A stretch of 64,000 bases of DNA, taken from the IMG/VR virus record IMGVR_UViG_3300035661_003606, positions 6,757 to 70,756 of that record, one strand, 5' to 3'. A program made the position numbers and the translations under genes. Source of the DNA: a virus. Below the pieces are notes generated by a model that worked only from the letters and a program-made list of their open reading frames with translations, was not told where the DNA came from and made no database searches. The first letter of the stretch is position 1. Each line of letters begins with the position of its first letter. Positions 57,203-64,000 of this stretch are shown here, in pieces.

Positions 57203-57256
57203 CTGATGTACTTCCACGGTTAAAACTAGGAGCTTCATGAATGGAACCATAATGCG
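57203..57256 (-). mobile_element. IS200/IS605-type right-end remnant
   Basis: minus strand GAAGCTCCTAGTTTTAACCGTGGAAGTACATCAG; shares its core with 52208-52223 and 22669-22687. Confidence 0.65.
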
Positions 57257-57286
57257 AAGGCCCGGGAATAACCCGGGCCTTTTTAT
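57257..57286 (+). terminator. intrinsic terminator
   Basis: AAGGCCCGGG-aataa-CCCGGGCCTT followed by T run. Confidence 0.8.
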
Positions 57287-57391
57287 AAAAGCGTAGATGT
57301 CTCCTATTAATACTTTAAGATACTATAGCGGGAGCTTTGCGTCTGTTAAAAGCCGGGCGCAAACGGAATTGTATTGACGGAGGATTAAAAA

Positions 57392-57877
57392 ATGGATTTT
57401 ATAGCTCTGGAAGCTTCTTTAAATAAAGCTGGGAAAAGAGAATATGATGGAATGATTAAGTTTGCTGTTGGGACTAAATTACCAGTAGATGAATTCAAAT
57501 CTTTATTTATAAAGACAGCGGCTTTTGATTTATGGACTTTGGACCCGAACGTCCAAAGCGGGGGGGATTCATATTGGAAGCTAAGTGACGATAATAAATT
57601 CTTCATTTGTATGTATGAAAGCGATAGTCTAGAGACTCACGATCGTCGGTGGAGTGTTTATTCGGACGATAACAATAAGCGTATTTCAATCGCATATAAG
57701 AACGATACGATTGCCACTATGGACAGTTCTTATTTCCCAGATGGGGTAGACCCAATTACCATTAAGAGTAGTCTATTAAAAATACTTAGCTCAAAAGAGG
57801 GGCAGGTTGCTTTTTTGGATACTCTTAATGAAACAGAGCGAAATTTAATTATCAAAAAATATCCAGAGCTTCTATAG
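57392..57877 (+). CDS. hypothetical protein (putative late gene)
   Basis: GGAGG SD; first gene after the terminator. Confidence 0.65.
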   Translation: MDFIALEASLNKAGKREYDGMIKFAVGTKLPVDEFKSLFIKTAAFDLWTLDPNVQSGGDSYWKLSDDNKFFICMYESDSLETHDRRWSVYSDDNNKRISIAYKNDTIATMDSSYFPDGVDPITIKSSLLKILSSKEGQVAFLDTLNETERNLIIKKYPELL

Positions 57878-57888
57878 CGAGGAAAGAC

Positions 57889-58728
57889 ATGAAACTTACT
57901 AAAGCTGCCAAGTATATCGAAAAACAGGCAGATGCAGACCGTAAACCAACTGAGGCTAATGTTTTTATTTTTCCTAGAATAGCGCTAATAGGAGCAAATA
58001 TTGAGCTTGCCGGTCTCATTCTAGAGCTTCTGAATGTTGCCATTGATGGCAAAGAAGTAGAGGCGGAAGTAAACATAACCGATGAACAGCAAGAGGAAAC
58101 TGGGAGTCAGTCCTCTCAATCGGAATTAACTTCCAAGCCAGTTCAGGTATCAGTAAATCCGCAAGAGGTTTCTGGAGTTGGTGGGGCTAAGGAAAAAACT
58201 GCATCTTTAGCAAAGTTAGCCGCATGGCAAGAGGCGTCTTCTAGTGAGGCTGTCGAGGCCCTCGCCGATGTTATAGTAAAGCTTTCTAACTTAGCAAAGC
58301 AAATAGTACGAGTGGTAGACGGGGCTACTGAAATAACTTCTGCCCTAGGACTAGAGGACGATGCAGAGCTTGCAGATAGACTTATTAAAATTCTCGTCGC
58401 GGGATTGGCAGCTCGTATTAAAGATGAGGCAGTCCAACACTTTTTAAATGGCACATCTACTGAGGAGCCTAGCAGCTTTTATAAGGTTCTAGATGAGATT
58501 TTAAGAGAATATTTTGACAAAGCAGAACATAAGAAAGAGATTACTAAAGCAGTTAGGATGATTCTAAGTAAAGGGACTCAGAATGCTTCTTATATAGGTT
58601 CTATGAATATCAATTTTCTTTCAGGGTGGTTTCTTTCAGAGCTAAGGGGGAAGTTAAGGAAAGAAATCCACTGGCAGGCTCCAATTTCACCTGAGGCAAA
58701 AGTGGAGAGTAGAAGTGAAAATAAATAA
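57889..58728 (+). CDS. hypothetical protein, K-x-A rich (putative virion protein)
   Basis: 279-aa ORF, GAGG SD. Confidence 0.65.
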   Translation: MKLTKAAKYIEKQADADRKPTEANVFIFPRIALIGANIELAGLILELLNVAIDGKEVEAEVNITDEQQEETGSQSSQSELTSKPVQVSVNPQEVSGVGGAKEKTASLAKLAAWQEASSSEAVEALADVIVKLSNLAKQIVRVVDGATEITSALGLEDDAELADRLIKILVAGLAARIKDEAVQHFLNGTSTEEPSSFYKVLDEILREYFDKAEHKKEITKAVRMILSKGTQNASYIGSMNINFLSGWFLSELRGKLRKEIHWQAPISPEAKVESRSENK

Positions 58729-59632
58729 ACTCATTAAGCTTTCAGTGCTATCTAGAAATTTAGAAAAAATAGCGGCTGACGCTCCACCCTCTTCAGCCAC
58801 CCCCCCACCGGTACAAGCTCCGCCGAAGCTACTTATGAAACTTCACACGGTGTTTAATTTATTATCTCTTAGGCCACAAGGCAGAGAGGCAATTGAGAAT
58901 ATTATACGCAAGCAACCGGACTTAAAAGAGATATGGGACAGAATTCAAACTATGTCTATCACAATAAATGAACCAACAGTAAGGAAGGACATTGAAAAGG
59001 CTAGTGCGTTAGCTGTCCAATTTTGGAGGAATATTAATGAGCTTCAAACAATTGCAGAGAAAGATTCGAAGGATAGAGAAGTCACAGTAGTAGAGAATTT
59101 GAAGGAACTTAAGAGATGTATAGAGGAGATGCTTAGGCTTTCTGATAATTCTGGTGCAGATAATAACGCTACTTTGTGTGCTATGATTGATCTTCAAGCT
59201 CGTAAGGCTCTGCAAGCGATTCTTAAAGCTACGGATGTGTCTAATCCTGAAGAAGCAAGGAAGGGCGTCATAGATGCTATAAATAACCCAGAGTATAAAA
59301 CGGCTTTAAATAATATAGCCACTGGAATAACTTTTGAGAATTTAAAGCCTTTTGAGAATTTAAAGTCTTTAGATATAACTCGATCTTCGCCAGTGAAGAA
59401 GGCTCCGGCGTCATCGCGCGCCCACGGAGCTAATTATAAATATAGGTTTAAGGGCAAAGCAAGAGAGATACTAGTAAAAATTGACAAGTGGTTTGACGCA
59501 AATGCGAATTTGATAGCATCGAGTATTAGGGCGGGGTTAACAGATAAATTAATTCAAAGTGGCCTTGCCGCTAAGATAGGGGAGAGCCAGGTTGATATAG
59601 TAAGGCAGGAAATCAAAAAGTTAATTGAATAA
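58715..59632 (+). CDS. hypothetical protein (putative virion protein)
   Basis: GTG start overlapping the upstream gene; LEKIAADA then a Pro-rich linker. Confidence 0.62.
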   Translation: MKINKLIKLSVLSRNLEKIAADAPPSSATPPPVQAPPKLLMKLHTVFNLLSLRPQGREAIENIIRKQPDLKEIWDRIQTMSITINEPTVRKDIEKASALAVQFWRNINELQTIAEKDSKDREVTVVENLKELKRCIEEMLRLSDNSGADNNATLCAMIDLQARKALQAILKATDVSNPEEARKGVIDAINNPEYKTALNNIATGITFENLKPFENLKSLDITRSSPVKKAPASSRAHGANYKYRFKGKAREILVKIDKWFDANANLIASSIRAGLTDKLIQSGLAAKIGESQVDIVRQEIKKLIE

Positions 59633-59650
59633 AAATATGGAGGGAGTTCA

Positions 59651-60787
59651 ATGAGTAACAGCATTTTTAGGTTGGCTAGTAAGCTGGCAGCGGCATATAA
59701 GGAAATTCCGTATGTCGTTTTAAAGCGTTTCCTTTTAGAAAAAACAGCGCAATTTCCTGGAGATAGAGTAATTCAGCATATGGGGGCTATTATTGAAAAG
59801 CGTGCCGCAGACCAACCGTTCGGGGCGGTCTCAGTTAAAGAATTAGATTCTTTGATCGGTGAGCTGTCCTCTTTTGGAGATACTACAAATACACGCAATT
59901 TATTTAGCTCTTATCTATCAAAGCTAACAGCAGATGAGACTACAAGAACTAGGGCCGGAGAAGTCTTTACAGACGATGTTCGCGAAATAAAGAGTTCCCC
60001 CAAAAGAACGGTTGACGAGCCTACTCCGGTGGTTGGGGTAGATCCTAAAGAAATTTTTTCAGAGTATAATATTTCAAGAAAATATGACGCTCAAACTATT
60101 GCGAAGGGTGCAGATATTGTCTCTCGTGCCGTGCAAGTTGCCTTTGGGGTAGCGCCAAATTCTATTAAGTTTTCAAAGGATATAGATAATGGTGTCTCTT
60201 ACTTAGTTAAGCTTACACCTAAGGCTGGCAAGATGGAAATAGAGGTTCCTATTGAGAAGACGGCACTAGGCTTTCATAAGCCTACTTCATTTTTATGCAA
60301 GTTGGCGGAGAATATCAGTGAGTTTCCATTAAATGACGATGGGGTGGAAAAGGCTATTGGTGCTATCTCCCAGCATTCCTCCTTTACGTTTGACCCCTCT
60401 TGGCTAAAAATGAGTTTTACGGAGCTACGAAGCGAGATGCTTAAATATGCCATGAAGAAAGACTATAAACAAGCAGAGGAAGCCATTAGGCTCATTGGTG
60501 AGAAATATCCTACTATGATGAAGGCAGTCTTAGATGATTTTCAGCATGTGCTTGTTGCTTTTCAAAAAGCTAACAATGACCACATATGTCGTAAGTGTGC
60601 ATTTTATCAGCCAGCTGGGATGAAGTCGGCTAGTGTAGATAATTATTGTGCGCGATTAAGAATGCCCACAAAGCAAATTATAAAAGCTTCCTCTCCAGAC
60701 TCTTGTGAAGCATTGGGGACGTCAATTAAGCGAACTATTCCAGGTTTTGAGGGGACTATTAACACGAGCAATATTAAGATCACCTAA
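59651..60787 (+). CDS. hypothetical protein with C-terminal Cys cluster (putative virion/morphogenesis protein)
   Basis: 378-aa ORF, GGAGGGAG SD, CRKC..C..C. Confidence 0.68.
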   Translation: MSNSIFRLASKLAAAYKEIPYVVLKRFLLEKTAQFPGDRVIQHMGAIIEKRAADQPFGAVSVKELDSLIGELSSFGDTTNTRNLFSSYLSKLTADETTRTRAGEVFTDDVREIKSSPKRTVDEPTPVVGVDPKEIFSEYNISRKYDAQTIAKGADIVSRAVQVAFGVAPNSIKFSKDIDNGVSYLVKLTPKAGKMEIEVPIEKTALGFHKPTSFLCKLAENISEFPLNDDGVEKAIGAISQHSSFTFDPSWLKMSFTELRSEMLKYAMKKDYKQAEEAIRLIGEKYPTMMKAVLDDFQHVLVAFQKANNDHICRKCAFYQPAGMKSASVDNYCARLRMPTKQIIKASSPDSCEALGTSIKRTIPGFEGTINTSNIKIT

Positions 60788-60798
60788 GGTGAGGAGCT

Positions 60799-61122
60799 AT
60801 GGACGAGGGAAGATTAGTTGTAGGTGTTTTTTTAACGGCGAATGAAGTACCTGTTCCTGGTGAACTTGAGCATGATATGATTTTTGGCCCTACTTCTGTG
60901 CAGACTAGAAATTGCCCAGACATGCATGGAGTTCCAATGCAGTATATTGGGGATGGGATGTATGTAAACCCTATAACTGGACAGGTATATGATTTTCGGC
61001 GTGGCTTTAGGTTGGGAGATAAGGAATATCTAGCAACGAGTATTGAAGAGCAGCATGTGGTTGATAGTCCGCTTACAAATGGAGTCCCGCATGATGTATA
61101 TAGGTTTAAGAGAGAGAGATAA
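60799..61122 (+). CDS. hypothetical protein
   Basis: GAGGAG SD; TRNCPDMHG..GDG.Y.NPITG motif. Confidence 0.65.
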   Translation: MDEGRLVVGVFLTANEVPVPGELEHDMIFGPTSVQTRNCPDMHGVPMQYIGDGMYVNPITGQVYDFRRGFRLGDKEYLATSIEEQHVVDSPLTNGVPHDVYRFKRER

Positions 61123-61135
61123 GTAGGAGGAGACA

Positions 61136-61897
61136 ATGAGGGGAGCGAGTCTATGTCGTCATCCCGATATAGATCATATTATTCGCCTTGTTAAGGCCGG
61201 TCAGGGGGCCCGTAGTATTGCAGCTATTATTAATCGGAAGTATACGGCGGCTCCTAGATATCAGGTTAATTGGATTACAATTAATGATTTTATCAAGAAT
61301 TATTTGCATTTAGATAAGAAGCAGCGAGAGGCCCTAAGGGCGGAGGCTAAGTCTAATGGAATGGTGGTAACTAACAACCAGATAAAGGATTTAGCTATTC
61401 AATCTCGTCTTAATCAAAAAACAGACATTTTAGATATGCAAGAAATTCTTGCCGAGAGAGAGTTAGATGTTAGAGAAGAGATGGAAAAATTATACAATAC
61501 AGCTCTCGCGGAAATTGATGCTATTAATGATAAGGTCAATAAGATGGATGGTAGAAATTTTGTTGCTGGCAAGGCGGCTTTAGTTGCGGCCATTGACCAG
61601 GTGCGCAAGATCATCGGAGATGTGCGGATTGAACAAATGGAATCTAAGGCATCTCAGCAGGTGGCCAATAGCCAAGTGGTATTGAATTTTAATCAGATCA
61701 ATGCCCACGTAGACGCTATTAAGCAGGCGGTAGTAGAAACCTTTAGAGAACAAGGGCTGATGCATCAGCTTCCAGAATTTCTAAATAGGTTATCTGGTAA
61801 GCTTTCAAAGTTAAGCGAAGTTAAAGTGACTACGTCTACTGGTGAAACTATAACGGTCCAGCACCATGGTGCGTTAAACGGAGGTTCGTGTGAATAA
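61136..61897 (+). CDS. N-terminal HTH-like helical protein (possibly terminase small subunit-like)
   Basis: AGGAGG SD; HPD..IIRLV..GARSIA HTH-like start followed by coiled helices; function is inference. Confidence 0.5.
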   Translation: MRGASLCRHPDIDHIIRLVKAGQGARSIAAIINRKYTAAPRYQVNWITINDFIKNYLHLDKKQREALRAEAKSNGMVVTNNQIKDLAIQSRLNQKTDILDMQEILAERELDVREEMEKLYNTALAEIDAINDKVNKMDGRNFVAGKAALVAAIDQVRKIIGDVRIEQMESKASQQVANSQVVLNFNQINAHVDAIKQAVVETFREQGLMHQLPEFLNRLSGKLSKLSEVKVTTSTGETITVQHHGALNGGSCE

Positions 61898-62750
61898 AGC
61901 TGGGTATCCTCAGCCAACAGTTTATACTACATCTGAGTTTGCCACTCAACCGGCAGATCTAGAGAGGTGGTCTGAGGCATATAAAAACATTTGGAGGCTA
62001 GTTGAAATTACTGGTACTCCTTTAAGTAAAGCTAAAAATATTGTGTTACGTGGGTGGAAGGATTCTGAAATTTCTAGATTTTCTGCCTGGATGGCTTATT
62101 ATGAGAATAAAGATGACATTAAATATCATAGAGTAGATAAACTAGGTTATTTAGATTGTAATTTATCTATTATTAGGCAAGCGGCTTTAAAAATGGCAGA
62201 GAATAGGGCGCTATCAGATATGGCGGATAAAGTAAGAATGGCTAAGACCGCTCAAACTATAGTAGATTTAATTTATGTTATGAACCAGGATAGGGTAAAG
62301 GTGGCGGCTGAAGAGACTGACCGCAATAGAGAAAAGATGGTAAAAATTTTTAACGTTGTGAAGGATGTAAACAATGAGGTGGCTAGAAAGAAGTTAATTA
62401 GAAATCTAGCTCGTGTTCTGTCTATGGACACAGAGGGCTTATTTCCAGAGATTTCGCAGGCTCTATCTAAGCTTATAGATGCTTATTCTTATTCTGCTTC
62501 TAGGATTCAAGATGTTATGAATAGGTTGGGGCTGCAGATTAGTATGTCTGCTGAGGGTGATGAAAAGGCTACCCCAGAGGAGGTAAAAGAAAATTTCTCA
62601 GTCGAAGAGCCTAAAGAGAGTGAAGTATCTACAGAGAAAGTGGAACCGCCCTCCTACACAAAGAAAGAGAATATGACGATCACGCCTCAATCAAGCCCAC
62701 CCTCAGAAGAAGTACCGATTATACCTAGACCGGAAAATAGGGGAGTATAA
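61890..62750 (+). CDS. hypothetical protein (putative virion protein)
   Basis: GGAGG SD with GTG start; KAGYP, KTA and KVAA motifs; acidic Pro-rich tail. Confidence 0.65.
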   Translation: MNKAGYPQPTVYTTSEFATQPADLERWSEAYKNIWRLVEITGTPLSKAKNIVLRGWKDSEISRFSAWMAYYENKDDIKYHRVDKLGYLDCNLSIIRQAALKMAENRALSDMADKVRMAKTAQTIVDLIYVMNQDRVKVAAEETDRNREKMVKIFNVVKDVNNEVARKKLIRNLARVLSMDTEGLFPEISQALSKLIDAYSYSASRIQDVMNRLGLQISMSAEGDEKATPEEVKENFSVEEPKESEVSTEKVEPPSYTKKENMTITPQSSPPSEEVPIIPRPENRGV

Positions 62751-64000
62751 TGGAAGACGGTTTTATGGGTCCAATGGACATAGAAAAGAATGATGCCGAC
62801 GCTGTTGTTCCGCTAGATGACATGTCTATTATGGGCGGAGGTGATGATAATGTTTTGCCGTTGGATACTGATATTCTTCGTATGAAGCTACTTATACGGC
62901 GTAAGATAGCGACAGTAGAGAAGGAAAAAACTAAAGATAATTTATCCATACTAGAACAAGACTTGATATATGCTAAGGTATATGGGCCTTTTGATGAGCT
63001 TATAGATCATACAATGAAATTTTTTAGATCCGAAAGATTTAAGGATATTATAGATGGCGATCCATCCTTAACCAAGGACATCAGGAGGCTCTATAGAGAT
63101 ATAAAACAATTTCGAAAGATACGGGACATTCCTAAGGATGCCCCTATTGTTTGGTTTATGGATGAATTAAGTGAAGCTTTTAAGCGATATGTCGATTCTA
63201 TGGATATTAAGTCTAAGTCTTTGTTTTCCAATGCGAGTATCGCTAGTGGAGTAATGAGGGTGCTATCAGATAAATACCGCGATCCCTCAAATAGTGAATA
63301 TTCAGGAATGGAACAGAATGCTGCAAAATCCGCCTATTACGTGCTTGACGTTGTTTCTCATTTAGACCCCAAGAGTTTAATTGATAATGCTTTATTGCAT
63401 CATGCTTTTGCGAGATTATTATATATCCATGTGTTATATCAATGGTTTAGTTCCTTGAAGATATTCGAGGGGGGTATTTCTGCTGATTCTATAGGCACAT
63501 TGGCATTAGCTAGTTTTAAAAAAAGTGTTGCTAAAACGATTTTGGATGCTTTATCTAGTGCGGATTTTCTTCGTCCTTCAACTGTGTCCATGAATAAAAG
63601 CTCGGATGTTAGAATTGTTGCGTCTAAGGTTTATTCGGTGCTTGGGAATTTTCCTTTCATGAGGGAACCAAAAAATGATGTGGCCATGGTTCTTGAACAA
63701 GAGGCCAAAACTGAAGCGCTAGATTTTTTACAGAAACACTATAATGATATTATCGCGGAGAGGAAGGATAAAAGGGGTAGAACTATTTACGATCGCGCTT
63801 TTTTTAACGATCCGGCTCAGATAGAAGAGGTTAAGAAACAGGATAAGTTGTTGGTATATATGAAGATAGTCAATCAAATTTTATCTATGGATCTATCTGA
63901 TTTATTAGATATAAATAAATATAATTTTAGGGAGAGCAGTCTAGCTCCAAGAACAAGCACACTAAGAACCATGAAGTTCATTCATACCCGACTCACCACA
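62750..64000 (+). CDS. hypothetical protein, runs off window end
   Basis: TAATG coupling at 62750 (MEDGFMGPMDIEKND...), GGGAG SD; absent from the ORF track, consistent with no stop before the window end. Confidence 0.65.
   Translation, partial: MEDGFMGPMDIEKNDADAVVPLDDMSIMGGGDDNVLPLDTDILRMKLLIRRKIATVEKEKTKDNLSILEQDLIYAKVYGPFDELIDHTMKFFRSERFKDIIDGDPSLTKDIRRLYRDIKQFRKIRDIPKDAPIVWFMDELSEAFKRYVDSMDIKSKSLFSNASIASGVMRVLSDKYRDPSNSEYSGMEQNAAKSAYYVLDVVSHLDPKSLIDNALLHHAFARLLYIHVLYQWFSSLKIFEGGISADSIGTLALASFKKSVAKTILDALSSADFLRPSTVSMNKSSDVRIVASKVYSVLGNFPFMREPKNDVAMVLEQEAKTEALDFLQKHYNDIIAERKDKRGRTIYDRAFFNDPAQIEEVKKQDKLLVYMKIVNQILSMDLSDLLDINKYNFRESSLAPRTSTLRTMKFIHTRLTT

Noticed and set aside
47621-57256. 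Composite transposon carrying dnaE or recA between IS ends
   Set aside because: End orientations are incompatible: right ends are on the minus strand and the left end is on the plus strand.
1005-62949. Numerous minus-strand and nested ORFs in the six-frame track
   Set aside because: They are shadows of longer + strand genes with recognisable motifs; only 23640-24344 have their own SD and promoter support.

Overview
This window looks like part of a large (jumbo/huge) bacteriophage genome. It is AT-rich and densely coding, almost all genes are on the + strand, and it uses standard code 11 (TAA, TAG and TGA all end genes). 1-24 kb is an accessory region with hypothetical genes, AAA+ ATPases, two MoxR-type AAA+/metallopeptidase-vWA pairs and a GC-rich array of RCC1-repeat genes. 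That array (7.7-12.6 kb) holds 7, 6 and 13 repeats plus two one-repeat remnants, joined by a conserved ~100-nt spacer, and its variable segments appear shuffled between repeats. 24-57 kb holds DNA metabolism and host-takeover genes: FtsK, a sigma-70 factor, PIN-PhoH, a third MoxR/vWA pair, bS21, a split primase, SbcCD, a PD-(D/E)XK nuclease, a CCA/poly(A)-type nucleotidyltransferase, a TopoIB fusion, UDG, trigger factor, DnaE in three ORFs (with an in-frame TAA in the GIFQF[E]SAGM motif), HU, an SSB-like protein, RuvC and RecA. A candidate origin (14-bp iterons, AT-rich tract, sigma-54-like motif) lies at ~29.5 kb. Six TTGACTTTT-N-TATATT promoters and four IS200/IS605 (TnpB) end remnants are visible. 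57-64 kb encodes unknown proteins rich in K/R-x-A motifs, probably virion or morphogenesis proteins. No rRNA, tRNA or CRISPR array was seen. All calls come from motif recognition by eye; no searches were run.
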